64,000 bases of DNA from an uncultured Actinomycetes bacterium (GTDB lineage Bacteria > Actinomycetota > UBA4738 > HRBIN12): assembly GCA_963697875.1 (NCBI GenBank), contig OY969099.1, positions 2,793,234 to 2,857,233 of the forward strand. The letters run 5' to 3'. Of the stretch, positions 28,406-38,169 are shown piece after piece. Under the pieces are notes generated by a model that was not told the origin of the DNA, made no database searches, and worked only from the letters and a program-made list of their open reading frames with translations. A program made the translations under genes and the position numbers. How positions within the stretch are numbered: position 1 is the stretch's first letter; each line of letters begins with the position of its first letter.

Positions 28406-28609
28406 GTGGCAACCGGTACCGTGAAGTGGTTCAACCCCGAGAAGGGGTTCGGCTTCATCACCCCCGAGGACGGCAGCGCAGACGTGTTCGTGCACTTCAG
28501 CGCGATCGCGGGGACGGGGTACCGCAACCTGGAGGAGGGTCAGCGCGTCGAGTACGACGTGACCCAGGGCCAAAAGGGCCCCCAGGCTGCGAACGTTCGC
28601 GGCGTCTGA
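28406..28609 (+). CDS. cspA: cold-shock protein (CspA family)
   Basis: [34 protein letters not shown] carries the RNP1 and RNP2 motifs. An AAGGAGGGA SD precedes the start. The gene has a long 5' leader. Confidence 0.95.
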   Translation: MATGTVKWFNPEKGFGFITPEDGSADVFVHFSAIAGTGYRNLEEGQRVEYDVTQGQKGPQAANVRGV

Positions 28610-28628
28610 GATACGCGGACGACGGGTT

Positions 28629-28660
28629 GGACGGGGCTCGGCGCACGCGCCGGGCCCCGT
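28629..28660 (+). terminator. strong intrinsic-terminator-like hairpin downstream of cspA
   Basis: The GACGGGGCTCGGCG / CGCCGGGCCCCGTC stem is 14 bp with one G-U pair and a 4-nt loop. It lies 20 nt after the cspA stop. Confidence 0.5.
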
Positions 28661-28787
28661 CGCCGTTCACGAGCCCGGCAGCGTGACGTCCGCCGACATG
28701 CCCTCGCCGCCACCCGTCTCGATCCGTAAGGTCCCCCGAGCTCTGAGATCGCCCTCGAACGTCATCACCCGGCCCTAAGCTGTCTCG

Positions 28788-31631
28788 ATGACCTGTGGGG
28801 TCTGTGGACAGCTCTTGCCGGACGGGGCACGTTTCTGCCCGAACTGCGGGACCCCTGTGCCCACCTCGGTGGGCACCGAAGAGCGGAAGCTCGTCACGGT
28901 GATGTTCGCCGATCTCGTCGACTCGACAGGTCTGACGCAACGCCTCGATGCCGAGCGGACCCGGGAGGTTCTCGGCCGCTTCTACGACGAGGCCACCGAG
29001 GAGATCCTCGCGCTGCGCGGTCGGCCCGAGAAGTTCATCGGCGATGCGGTGATGGCGGTCTTCGGTCTGCCACAGGTGCACGAGGACGACGCGGTTCGAG
29101 CGGTGCGGGCCGGGCTCGCCGTGCGCGACCGAGTGCGCCGGATGTGCTCCGTCCTGGGGCTCCCGGACGAGCTCGAGGTGCGAGTGGGGATCGAGACCGG
29201 CGAGGCCGCGACCGGTGAGGGGCCTACCGGTCAGCTCCTGGTCACGGGTCCCGTGGTGAACGCCGCCGCCCGGCTGCAGGACGCCGCGGCGCCGGGCCAG
29301 GTGCTCGCCGGCGCCACCACGCACCAGCTGACGCAGGCGGCCGTCTCGTTCGAGGAACGACGCACGGTGCGAGCCAAAGGATTCTCCGACGGGCTCGCGG
29401 CCCATCCGATCCTCGAGCTCACCACGCGGTCGGCACGGCGCACCATCCCGGTCGTCGGGCGAGCGGGTGAGCTGTCGACCCTGCGCGACGCCTACGCGCG
29501 TGCGGTCGCCGGGGCGCGGCCGGTTCTCGTCACGCTGCTCGGCGAGCCCGGGATCGGCAAGTCGCGGCTCATCGAGGAGTTCGTCGCCGGCCTGGAGCCC
29601 GACGTGCTCGTCCTGACCGGACACGGCCGCACGTACTCGGACAGCGCCACCTTCGCCCCGGTCGCCGCGATGGTGCGTGAGCTCGCAGGCATCGACGACG
29701 GCGAGGTGTCGGAGGGTTCCGTGCAGACGCTCCGCGTGCTCGCCGCACGATGTTGCGATCCGACCGAGGCCAAGCACGTCGCCGAGCGGCTCGCGCTCAC
29801 GCTCGGGATCGGCGAGCCGCGACGCGACGAGTCGGCCTTCGTCCAGGAGGTGCAGGGCGGCTTCTTGGCGCTGGCGGAAGGGCTGGCGGCCGAGGCGCCG
29901 CTCGTCCTCGTGTTCGACGACGCGCATGCGCTGCGACCGCCGATGCTCGACCTGATCGAACGGCTGGCCGGCAGGGCCGGCACACGCCCGGGCGCAGCCT
30001 TGATCGTCGTCGTGGCACGCCCCCACCTCGTCGAGTCCCGCGCGTCGTGGGGCGCGGCGTCGGCCGATCACACCGTGATCCGCATCGACCCGCTGCCGAC
30101 GCCCGACGCCATCGAGTTGGCGCGCGAGTCGAGCGGCGGTCGCGTCGACGCCCCGACCGCGGCGCAGATCGCCGAGCGCACGGGTGGGAACCCGTTCTTC
30201 ATCGTCGAGATCACGGGCATGCTCCTTCGGGCCGGCGACGGGGCGCAGCCGGGCGACGCGATCCCGCCCACCGTGCAATCGGTGGTGGCCGCGCGCCTCG
30301 ACTCCCTCTCTCCCACGCTTCGCGAGCTCGTGCGGCAAGTGTCCGTGTTCCTCTACAACTTCGACCCGGTCGAGCTCGAGTACATCGGCCTCGGCGCCGG
30401 CGTGGTCCCCGCCCTCGACGAGCTGATGGACGAGGAGGTGCTCGTCCGGGTCGACGGCGCCGAGCCGCGTTGGCGCTTCCGGCACGAGATGCTTCGCGAC
30501 GTCGCGTACGCCAGCCTGCCCAAGCGCGAGCGCGTCCGCCTGCACCTGGCGATCGTCGACGGGCTCCGACGAGCCAGGCACGAGCACGAGCACGTCACGT
30601 ACGCCGCCGAACACCTCGAGCGTGCGGCGATCGCCTCGCTCGACCTCGCGCCCGACGACCGCGCGATCCCCGAACGCGCCGTCGATGCACTGGCCGCGGC
30701 CGGCGACCGGTCGCGCCGGCGCATGGAGAGCCGCTCCGCCGTCGACTTCTACCTGCGAGCGCTCGCACTCGCAGGTTCCGAGGACGCGTGGGGCACCCGC
30801 GAGGCACGTATCCTCGCCGGTATCGGCGAGTCTCGGTACTGGCTGAGCGAGTATGCGGCGGCGATCGACGTCCTCGATCGGGCGCTGCAGGTCGATGCCG
30901 ACGACGCGTGGACGGTCGCGCTCGCGCTCCGGTTCCGGGGGGATGTCGCGCTCAACTACGAGGGCGACCTCAACATGGCCGAGGAGATGTTCGACCGGTC
31001 GCTCGAGGCCGCCGAACGCTTGGGTGACCCGTTCGCGGTCGATCGCACCCTGCTGTTCGCCGGGTGGGTGCCGTGGGCGCGCCAGGACTTCGAGGCGGCC
31101 GACCGGGTGTGGAAGCGCGCGCTCGCGTTGTCCGAGGAGCACGCCGACCCGTGGGCTCGCGCGAGGGCTCTGACCGCCCTGTCGATCAACCGGTCCGATC
31201 AGGGCGGCCACCAGGAGGCCGTCCGGCTGATCGAGGAAGCCGCGTCCGTCGCCCAAGACCTCGGCGACCAGTTCAGCTCCGCGGTCGCCGCCGTGCAGCG
31301 CGGGCGCCTTCATCAGGAGGCCAACGAGGGACGTGAGGCGATCGACCGCTTCGACGGCGCGATACGAACCTTCTCCGAGCTCGGGGCGCGATGGGAGCTC
31401 GCCGACGCCACCGCCGAGCGCGGGATCTCCTATCGCGAGCTGGGCCAGCTGGACCGGGCGGAAGCCGACCTCAAGCGGGCGATCCAGATCTCGGAGGAGC
31501 TCGGCGAGCGTCAGCTCGCCAGGTGGAGCTGGCGCGCGCTCGCGCGCGTCTCCGAGCAGCGGGGCGACGGCGCCGAGGCGCAGGCGCGCTTGCGCCGCGC
31601 CGATGAAGAAGAGGCGCGGAAGCCCCAGTAG
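28788..31631 (+). CDS. multidomain signalling protein: N-terminal zinc ribbon, class III adenylate/guanylate cyclase domain, AAA/STAND ATPase, C-terminal TPR
   Basis: The N-terminus is CGVCGQLLPDGARFCPNCG. The cyclase core is KLVTVMFADLVDSTGLTQRL...FIGDAVMAVFGLPQVHEDDAVRAVRAGL. The Walker A is LLGEPGIGKSRL and the Walker B is LVLVFDDAH. A long TPR-like C-terminal region follows. The architecture resembles mycobacterial Rv0386/Rv1358, but there is no LuxR HTH. Confidence 0.8.
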   Translation: MTCGVCGQLLPDGARFCPNCGTPVPTSVGTEERKLVTVMFADLVDSTGLTQRLDAERTREVLGRFYDEATEEILALRGRPEKFIGDAVMAVFGLPQVHEDDAVRAVRAGLAVRDRVRRMCSVLGLPDELEVRVGIETGEAATGEGPTGQLLVTGPVVNAAARLQDAAAPGQVLAGATTHQLTQAAVSFEERRTVRAKGFSDGLAAHPILELTTRSARRTIPVVGRAGELSTLRDAYARAVAGARPVLVTLLGEPGIGKSRLIEEFVAGLEPDVLVLTGHGRTYSDSATFAPVAAMVRELAGIDDGEVSEGSVQTLRVLAARCCDPTEAKHVAERLALTLGIGEPRRDESAFVQEVQGGFLALAEGLAAEAPLVLVFDDAHALRPPMLDLIERLAGRAGTRPGAALIVVVARPHLVESRASWGAASADHTVIRIDPLPTPDAIELARESSGGRVDAPTAAQIAERTGGNPFFIVEITGMLLRAGDGAQPGDAIPPTVQSVVAARLDSLSPTLRELVRQVSVFLYNFDPVELEYIGLGAGVVPALDELMDEEVLVRVDGAEPRWRFRHEMLRDVAYASLPKRERVRLHLAIVDGLRRARHEHEHVTYAAEHLERAAIASLDLAPDDRAIPERAVDALAAAGDRSRRRMESRSAVDFYLRALALAGSEDAWGTREARILAGIGESRYWLSEYAAAIDVLDRALQVDADDAWTVALALRFRGDVALNYEGDLNMAEEMFDRSLEAAERLGDPFAVDRTLLFAGWVPWARQDFEAADRVWKRALALSEEHADPWARARALTALSINRSDQGGHQEAVRLIEEAASVAQDLGDQFSSAVAAVQRGRLHQEANEGREAIDRFDGAIRTFSELGARWELADATAERGISYRELGQLDRAEADLKRAIQISEELGERQLARWSWRALARVSEQRGDGAEAQARLRRADEEEARKPQ

Positions 31632-31812
31632 CCGGGGGTGCTACCCGATCCCCGGTACCAGCCTCTACCCGCGCATCGAGCCTCGGTCATCCGGTCCACT
31701 GCGAACGGGACGTTCGGTGCGTGCGCCTGGCCGTATGGCCGATGAGCAGCCGTCGCGGTGCGCGCATCATCGAACGCAGGGCTCCACGGACGGACTCGGA
31801 TCGAGGGTGACG

Positions 31813-31983
31813 ATGCGAACCTTGTTCACCGGCTGCGTGCAATGCGGGATCCTCACCACCAACGTCGAGGGCTACTGTCGCGACTGCGAAGCGGCGCGGG
31901 CGGCCCGGCGACGCGACGCCGCGACCGCACAGCGTCGCGTGCACGTGCCGAAGACCACGCGCTCGGCCACCGTGCATCGTTGA
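31813..31983 (+). CDS. small zinc-ribbon protein (hypothetical)
   Basis: MRTLFTGCVQCGILTTNVEGYCRDCEAARAARRRD... has C-x2-C-x12-C-x2-C. GAGGG lies 6 to 10 nt upstream of ATG. The ORF is in frame at the end of the implausible Arg-rich track ORF 31333..31983. Confidence 0.35.
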   Translation: MRTLFTGCVQCGILTTNVEGYCRDCEAARAARRRDAATAQRRVHVPKTTRSATVHR

Positions 31984-31992
31984 CCGGGCGGC

Positions 31993-32889
31993 TCAGGGCA
32001 GCACGAGCACGCAGGTGACCGGGGGCAGGGTCGCCGCCGCCTGCTCCCACGAGGAGCCGCGATCGCTCGAGACGAACACGCGCCCGTCCGACGTGCCGAA
32101 GGCAGCGACGTCGCCTCCGGGCGGCGCGTCGAGGCAATGGCTGTCGATGTTGTCGTCGAACCACTCCGGGAGCCCGGCGCGGCATCGCTCGAACGGGCCG
32201 CCGTTGAGACTGCTCCGGTAGACGCCGCTGCGACCGCCTCGCGGTCCGTTCGACGCCGAGACGAGGACGACGTCCCCGCTCACGGCAACCGCACGGCTGT
32301 AGCGAGCCTCGAGCCCGTCGGCGCGGATCGTCCACGTCTCGCCCCGATCCACGCTGCCCGCCAACCCGCGGGCGCATGCGGCGAGCACGACGCCCCCCTC
32401 GGCCGTCGTCACCCGGTGGACGTCGGCGTCGACATCGATCGTCGGCTGCCAGGTCGCGCCTCGATCCACCGTGCGGAGGATCCCCCCGACGTGGACGTTG
32501 ACGTAGACGGACTCGTCCCACTCGGAGATCGAGCGCGTGTCCGGCGGACCTCCCCACGGCGTGTACCAGCCGGCGCGACCATCGGCCCTGTCGAAGCCGT
32601 CGACCGGTTCGGCGGCTCGCTCCACCACCCGGAACAGCCGCGCCTCCGATGAACCGACGAACACGTCGTCGTCCGTGGCGGCGATGCACGTGGCCCATAC
32701 GCCTTCGAGATCCGCGACATGGTCCCAATCGTCGCCGCCCGCCCCATGCCAGATCTCCGAGCGATCCACGATCGCCCACAGCTCGTCGCGATACGGCGCG
32801 AGGGCGGTCACGTGGCGGCCGGCGAACGCGGGCACGCCGCCGTCCAACGCGAGCAATCCGTTGCGCGTCGCGACGAGGATCCGAGGCAT
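31993..32889 (-). CDS. BNR/Asp-box repeat protein (sialidase / Ycf48-like beta-propeller)
   Basis: The protein carries three SxDxGxTW BNR (Asp-box) motifs: TVDRGATWQ, SVDRGETWT and SSDRGSSWEQ. Confidence 0.7.
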   Translation of the reverse strand: MPRILVATRNGLLALDGGVPAFAGRHVTALAPYRDELWAIVDRSEIWHGAGGDDWDHVADLEGVWATCIAATDDDVFVGSSEARLFRVVERAAEPVDGFDRADGRAGWYTPWGGPPDTRSISEWDESVYVNVHVGGILRTVDRGATWQPTIDVDADVHRVTTAEGGVVLAACARGLAGSVDRGETWTIRADGLEARYSRAVAVSGDVVLVSASNGPRGGRSGVYRSSLNGGPFERCRAGLPEWFDDNIDSHCLDAPPGGDVAAFGTSDGRVFVSSDRGSSWEQAAATLPPVTCVLVLP

Positions 32890-32953
32890 ACATCGATCGT
32901 CTCACGTCGACAGTGAAGGTCCTGCGGACAAGCACGTCCGTACACTTGGCATC

Positions 32954-34156
32954 GTGAGTCGCACGGACCACGTCGGGATCCGCGAGGTGCTCCGCATCCC
33001 CGAGATCCGGGCGGCGATGCTCGGCACATTCGTGATCATGCTGGGATTCGGCATCCTGGCGCCGGTCCTCCCCAACTACGCCCGCAGCTTCGGGGTCGGC
33101 TACGACGCGGTTGGCTTGCTGATCTCCGCGTTCTCGTTCATGAGACTGGTGTCCGACCCGTTCGTCGGCCGGTTCATCGACCGCTACGGGGAACGGGCGA
33201 TGTCGACCCTGGGTGCGGCCTGGGTGGGCCTCTCCTCGATCGCAGCCGGCCTCGCGCCGACGTTCCCCTTGCTCGTCCTTTTCCGCGCGCTCGGCGGCGC
33301 CGGAAGTGCGCTGTTCTTCGCCGCCCTCCTCTCGTTCCTGCTGCGCTCGATCCCGGCGGAGCGAACTGGCCGCGTGATGGGCGTGTACTACGCGGCGTTC
33401 AACATCGGGTTCATCGCGGGCGGCCCGCTCGGCGGCGTCACCGCCGGGTGGTTCGGCTTGGCGAGCCCACTGTTCGTGTACGCAGGCGCGTGCCTGGTGG
33501 CCGCCGTCGCGTTCTGGCGGACGCTGCGTGACCCGCCGCGCCACGAGTCGGAGGTGCGCCGCGGCGGGCTCCGGCAGCTGCCCTGGAACCGTCCCTTCAT
33601 CACGGTCCTGATCGTGAACTGCGCCTACCTGTGGATCATCGGGGCGGTCTTCCAGACGCTGGTGCCCGTGTTCGGCACGAGCGCGGACGTCGGGCTCGGC
33701 ATCGAGGGAGTGGGCTTCGCCCTGGGCGTGGCCACCGCGACCGAGCTCGTCGCCCTCTACCCGGCCGGCAGGGCGAGCGACCGCCGCGGCCGGCGCGCCG
33801 TCCTGATCCCGGCCCTGGCCGGGCTCGCGCTGATGACCGCGCTGATCGGGCAGGCGTCCACCCCGCTCACGTTCATCCTCGCGCTCGGTGGGCTCGGGAT
33901 CACGAGCGCCTACTCGGGCGTCCCGCCGGCGCCGATGCTCTCCGACGTCGCACCCGAAGCGCTCAAGGGAACTGCCGTCGGCGTGTTCCGATTCGTCGGC
34001 GACATCGGTTTCGTGCTCGGACCGCTCGTTGCCGGCTGGTCGACGAGCGCGTTCGGGTTCGGGACCGCGTTCGCCGTCACAGCGCTTCCCGCGCTGGTTG
34101 CCGTGGCGTTCGTGGTCTCGATCCGCGAAACGATGATCGGCCAGCGGCAGAGATAG
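32954..34156 (+). CDS. MFS transporter
   Basis: Twelve hydrophobic helices are present. MFS motif A-like sequences are GRFIDRYGER and PAGRASDRRGRR. The likely start is GTG 32954 or ATG 33017. The upstream part of track ORF 32537..34156 is antisense to the BNR gene. Confidence 0.8.
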   Translation: MSRTDHVGIREVLRIPEIRAAMLGTFVIMLGFGILAPVLPNYARSFGVGYDAVGLLISAFSFMRLVSDPFVGRFIDRYGERAMSTLGAAWVGLSSIAAGLAPTFPLLVLFRALGGAGSALFFAALLSFLLRSIPAERTGRVMGVYYAAFNIGFIAGGPLGGVTAGWFGLASPLFVYAGACLVAAVAFWRTLRDPPRHESEVRRGGLRQLPWNRPFITVLIVNCAYLWIIGAVFQTLVPVFGTSADVGLGIEGVGFALGVATATELVALYPAGRASDRRGRRAVLIPALAGLALMTALIGQASTPLTFILALGGLGITSAYSGVPPAPMLSDVAPEALKGTAVGVFRFVGDIGFVLGPLVAGWSTSAFGFGTAFAVTALPALVAVAFVVSIRETMIGQRQR

Positions 34157-34181
34157 GGTCGATCCGGGCTCGCCCTCGCCA

Positions 34182-35612
34182 CTACCAGTGGAAGCCGGGC
34201 GGAGACGGCGAGCATGCCGCCCGCGCCCTCCGCATAAGGCGACGCTTCACACCTGCCAGCGATGGATCGCGCCGGCGATCGGTGAGCTCGTGCGGATCCG
34301 TCCTGTAGTCGTAGAGCTCGGAGCGCCCATTGGCGTAGCGAATGTAGAGGTAGCGAAGCGTCCGCCAGCCGCAGTACGGGGGACGGGCTACGTTCGTCCC
34401 GTTGCCGCCTGGTGGGTTGGCCGCCGCGGCCTCCATGACGAAGCCGTGTCGTCGCCATACGGTCAACAGGTTCTTCCCCTCGACCGGGCTCGTCGGTGCC
34501 CTTGCGGCGGCGGCGATCGTCACCGGCACGTCCACGTTGAGAGCGATCCTGTCGTCCACACGACCCGGCTTCAGGCGACGGCTCCACCGCATCGCGAGCG
34601 GCACGTGCGTCGCCCCCGCGTAGGGAAGGAACTTGCCGATGGCCCGATGCTCGCCCCACATGTCGCCGTTGTCCGACATGAGGATGATCAACGTGTTGCG
34701 CAGCCGGGATCTGGCTCGCTGCACCCTCATGATCGCGTGAACCGCGCGGTCCACGGCCTGCAGCGATCGATACTGTTCGACTCGGCTCACCTCGATCGCC
34801 TGACGTGACACGAGCGGCAACGCGCGGATCCAGGCCGGCTTGTCGCTCACGTTGGCCTCGTTGAAGTCGGGAGGTGAGAACGGGGCGAGGTGCACCGGCA
34901 GGTTGACGTCGCCGGGCGCCGGCGTCGCCGGGCCGTGCGGCGCGAAAGGGGCGAAGTAGAGGAAGAGCGGCCGCGAGGCAGGGCTCGACCGCAGGAACCG
35001 GGTCGCGTAGTCCTTGAGGACGTTCGTCGAGTAGTCCTGCGGCGCGGAACCGTAGGACGTGACGGACCCGTTCGAGTTGAGGATCTGATAGTCGTAGTAG
35101 CTCCCGTTGCCTCCGATGAAGGAGTGCCAGCGCTTCCACCCCCGAGGCGGTAACGAGCCCGTGAACCCGTTCAGGTACTTGCCCACCAGAGCTGTCCGAT
35201 AGCCGGCTCGGGACAGCCACACCGCCACGGTCCTCGCTTGGTTCCCCGCCGCCTTGAACGCCTTCCATCCGTCGGCGTTGGACCAGACCTTCGTGCCGTG
35301 GGCGAACCGGCCGGTCAGCAACGAGGCACGGGACGGACAGCACACCGATGTCGGCACCATGGCCTCGGAGAACCGCTCGCCACGGCGAACGATGCCGTTC
35401 CACACATGCGGCATCCACGGGAGGGTCCCGTAGCGCGCGTCGTCGGTGACGATCAGGATGATGTCGGGCCGGGTCGGACGTCGCACCGCCGCGGTCGCCC
35501 GGTGCACCGTCGCCTCTCGGGAGGCCACCAGCGAGGCCGCGACGAGCGCGACGAGCGCGGCCGCTCGCCGTGCTGCGTCAGAAGGTCGACCAGGGCAGGC
35601 GGGTTTCTGCAC
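34182..35612 (-). CDS. secreted Cys-type sulfatase (arylsulfatase family)
   Basis: A signal peptide is followed by TDDARYGTLPW and the sulfatase signature CCPSRASLLTGR (C-x-P-x-R formylglycine site). GKYLNG and MSDNGDMWGEH are sulfatase motifs. Confidence 0.85.
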   Translation of the reverse strand: MQKPACPGRPSDAARRAAALVALVAASLVASREATVHRATAAVRRPTRPDIILIVTDDARYGTLPWMPHVWNGIVRRGERFSEAMVPTSVCCPSRASLLTGRFAHGTKVWSNADGWKAFKAAGNQARTVAVWLSRAGYRTALVGKYLNGFTGSLPPRGWKRWHSFIGGNGSYYDYQILNSNGSVTSYGSAPQDYSTNVLKDYATRFLRSSPASRPLFLYFAPFAPHGPATPAPGDVNLPVHLAPFSPPDFNEANVSDKPAWIRALPLVSRQAIEVSRVEQYRSLQAVDRAVHAIMRVQRARSRLRNTLIILMSDNGDMWGEHRAIGKFLPYAGATHVPLAMRWSRRLKPGRVDDRIALNVDVPVTIAAAARAPTSPVEGKNLLTVWRRHGFVMEAAAANPPGGNGTNVARPPYCGWRTLRYLYIRYANGRSELYDYRTDPHELTDRRRDPSLAGVKRRLMRRARAACSPSPPGFHW

Positions 35613-35643
35613 GGAGCAACGCTATGCCCTGTTCCACGAGGCG

Positions 35644-36747
35644 TCAACAGCCGAGCCCAGGCGCCTCGCATGTCGAGTCGAGGAGCTCCCGTACGGCCCC
35701 GAAGAACAGGTCGGCAGACCGGCTCCAGGTCGGCAGCGTCTGGCCTCGTCGGCGAGCCCCCGCCGCAAGCCGTTCGCGCGCGATCGGATCCGTGGTGATG
35801 GTCCGGAGGGCGGCCGCAAGCCCCTGATGGTCCCCCGGCTCGGGCATCAGGCCTTCCCGTTCGTGCCCTGCGAGGCGCGGCAGGTTCGCAGCTCGCCATC
35901 CGATCACCGGCAGGCCGGCCGCGAGCGCCTCCGCCCACGCCGTCCCGTACGCATCGACGAGCGAGCACAGAGCGAAGACGTCGGCCGATCGGTAGAGGCG
36001 TCCCACCTCACCGATCGGGGCGGGCCCGCACACGACCACGCGCCCGGACAGATCGGGGGACGAGATCCTCCGGCGCACGCGCTCGGCGTACGCTCGATCC
36101 GGATCGGTGGCTCCCACGAGCCAGAGCGTCGCCGCATCCTCGGGCAGCAAGGCGAACGCGTCCAGCAATTCGACGATGCCCTTGCTCCGTGTCCAGTTCG
36201 CGACGCACAGCACGGCGGTCGCGCGACCTCGACGGAGGTCGAGGGGCGGTCCGAACGTGTCCGGTACATCGCTGCCCGGTGGGACGACGCGGATCCGCTG
36301 CTCCGGTACGCCCGATCCACGCAGGTCGTCCACGAGGCTCTCGCTCGCCGCGATGACGCCCCTCGCACGGCGGTAGGCGAGCCCGTCGAGCGCTCCCTGC
36401 GTCCTCGAGCGCACCCATCCGTGATCCACCCCTCCGGGCACTTGATGCACGATCGCGATGACCGTCACGCCGGTCCGAGCGATCCACGGCGCCGCGAGCG
36501 CGGCCGCGATGCTGTCGAGCAAGACGCAGTCCGCGGACACCGAGGCGCCGCGGACCGCGGATGCCGCCGGCCGGATGCCGGCCGGCCAAGGAAGGGTCGG
36601 GATCGACGTGAACCGGATCTCCGCTGCGTGGGCCGTGGCAGCCCGAGCCATCATCCGGTGATAGCGGTAGCCGCCCGTCAGCCGGCCCGGATCGCCGACC
36701 GTCACGAGTGAGAGCCGGAGTCGCTTGCCGGCCTCACAACCGTTCAC
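35644..36747 (-). CDS. glycosyltransferase family 4 (GT-B)
   Basis: GT4 C-terminal domain signatures are present: ...LVGATDPDRAYAERV..., VFALCSLVDAYGTAWAEALAAGLPVIG and EREGLMPEPGD (EX7E-like). The start overlaps the upstream PTPS-like gene. Confidence 0.75.
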   Translation of the reverse strand: MNGCEAGKRLRLSLVTVGDPGRLTGGYRYHRMMARAATAHAAEIRFTSIPTLPWPAGIRPAASAVRGASVSADCVLLDSIAAALAAPWIARTGVTVIAIVHQVPGGVDHGWVRSRTQGALDGLAYRRARGVIAASESLVDDLRGSGVPEQRIRVVPPGSDVPDTFGPPLDLRRGRATAVLCVANWTRSKGIVELLDAFALLPEDAATLWLVGATDPDRAYAERVRRRISSPDLSGRVVVCGPAPIGEVGRLYRSADVFALCSLVDAYGTAWAEALAAGLPVIGWRAANLPRLAGHEREGLMPEPGDHQGLAAALRTITTDPIARERLAAGARRRGQTLPTWSRSADLFFGAVRELLDSTCEAPGLGC

Positions 36748-37102
36748 GGATGCCTCCGAACGCGTCCTCCGACTCCCACACCCGCACCGCTAGGGATTCG
36801 GCGCCGTCCCTCCTGAGGGGCGCGGCCAACTGTCCGTGCATCCACGCGGCAAGGACCTCCACGGTCACGACCTCCGTCCCGCACACGTCGGCGAGGTCGC
36901 GGTCGCTCGCGCGGGCGACCGCGTCGCCAAGACGTTCGGTGACGACGTCGAGATCGCACACCATCCCCCGCTCGTCGAGACTCGCCCGTTCGGCCACGAC
37001 CTCGACGCGGTAGTCGTGCGGATGTCGCTCGTTCTCGGGCGGGGGCTGCGACGGCATGCTGTGGAACGCACGGAACGAGGCCGTCGCCCCCACCTCGAAC
37101 AT
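36734..37102 (-). CDS. 6-pyruvoyl-tetrahydropterin synthase (PTPS)/QueD-family protein
   Basis: The C-terminal 122 aa of track ORF 36734..37381 is MFEVGATASFRAFHSMPSQPPPENERHPHDYRVEVVAERASLDERGMVCDLDVV..., with the PTPS fold and the zinc-His pattern H..H. ATG 37102 overlaps the upstream gene stop (TGATG). Confidence 0.7.
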   Translation of the reverse strand: MFEVGATASFRAFHSMPSQPPPENERHPHDYRVEVVAERASLDERGMVCDLDVVTERLGDAVARASDRDLADVCGTEVVTVEVLAAWMHGQLAAPLRRDGAESLAVRVWESEDAFGGIRERL

Positions 37103-38094
37103 CAGTACCTCAGCTCGACGTGCATGACTCCGGCCTCGCCCCGGTCCAGGGCGGCGTAGCCGTCCGCGGCCCGGCCGAACGGGACCTCGTCCGACGTCAG
37201 GAGCTTCACGGGAAGATCGCCGAGCAGCTCTGCGGCGACCCGGCGACGCCGAGCGATGTCCCACCGCGCGGCGAGGCGTGCGGGGATCGTCGAGACCTGT
37301 GTGCTCCTGATCTGCAGCCGGCGGCGGTGGAACTCCCTCCCGAGCGGCAGCGACACCTCCTTGGTCCCGTACCAGCTGCACACGAGCACCTCGCCCTCGT
37401 GGCCGAGGAGTTCCAGAGCGCGCGCCAGGGCGGGCGGGTGCCCTGAGGCTTCCACCACGAGCGGCACGCCCGTGCCCGACGTCATCCGATCCACGAGCGA
37501 ATCGATCTCGGCGGCATCGACGGCACGGATCCCGAACCGACCCGCCACCTCACGGCGGTCCCGCCGGACGTCGACGCCGACCACATCGGCCCCCGACCGT
37601 TCCAGCAGCGCGACCGACAGGATCCCCACCGGGCCGAGCCCGAACACCACCACGGGCTGGCCCAATCGAGGACCCGCGTCGAGCGCCACCTGAAGGGCCG
37701 TTTCGACCAACGGGAAGAGCGTCGCCGCGCGCGCGTCGATCTTGTCGACCGGCACGACATCGCCGCCCTCGATGCAGAACAGATCCTGGTGCGGATGGAA
37801 GGCGAAGACCGTCGCGCCCTCGTCCAGACCTTCGGTGTGGGAGACCACGACCTCCCCCACGCAGCTGTAGCCGTAGGCGAACGGGTACGCGAACGTGCCG
37901 CCGAGCGAGCCGATCGTGTCGTCGCGGCTCCAGGCCGGGTCGAGCTCGCCTCGGTACGCCAGCAGTTCGGTGCCTCCGCTGATGCCGGACCACCGCGTCC
38001 TGACGAGGATCTCTCCCTCGGTCGGGGCCGCGACCTCGACGTCCGCGTGCTCCACACGGCGTGGAGCCACGAACCGCAAGACGCGCCCCCTCAT
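37102..38094 (-). CDS. medium-chain dehydrogenase/reductase (zinc-ADH-like, BchC/sorbitol-DH-like)
   Basis: The GroES-like domain is ...VRTRWSGISGGTELLAYRG.... The Rossmann domain is VVVFGLGPVGILSVALLERSGADVVGVDV. The canonical catalytic-zinc Cys are not evident. Confidence 0.75.
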   Translation of the reverse strand: MRGRVLRFVAPRRVEHADVEVAAPTEGEILVRTRWSGISGGTELLAYRGELDPAWSRDDTIGSLGGTFAYPFAYGYSCVGEVVVSHTEGLDEGATVFAFHPHQDLFCIEGGDVVPVDKIDARAATLFPLVETALQVALDAGPRLGQPVVVFGLGPVGILSVALLERSGADVVGVDVRRDRREVAGRFGIRAVDAAEIDSLVDRMTSGTGVPLVVEASGHPPALARALELLGHEGEVLVCSWYGTKEVSLPLGREFHRRRLQIRSTQVSTIPARLAARWDIARRRRVAAELLGDLPVKLLTSDEVPFGRAADGYAALDRGEAGVMHVELRY

Positions 38095-38169
38095 GGGTGG
38101 CTCCTACCCCGAGGCACCGTCGTCCAATCGACGGTTGAAGGGGGTGCCGGGAGGGAAAGCCGCGGATAC

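Noticed and set aside
27762-28424. 220-aa plus ORF upstream of cspA
   Set aside because: It is Arg/Pro-rich. It overlaps the strong-SD small ORF on the other strand and the cspA leader, so it is likely non-coding.
28497-31313. 938-aa minus ORF
   Set aside because: It is antisense to the cyclase-ATPase-TPR gene, which has Walker and cyclase motifs in the plus frame.
31853-33544. 563-aa minus ORF
   Set aside because: It is out of frame or antisense relative to the BNR and MFS genes, with an Arg/Gly-rich translation.
35446-36711. 421-aa plus ORF
   Set aside because: It is antisense to the GT4 and sulfatase genes.
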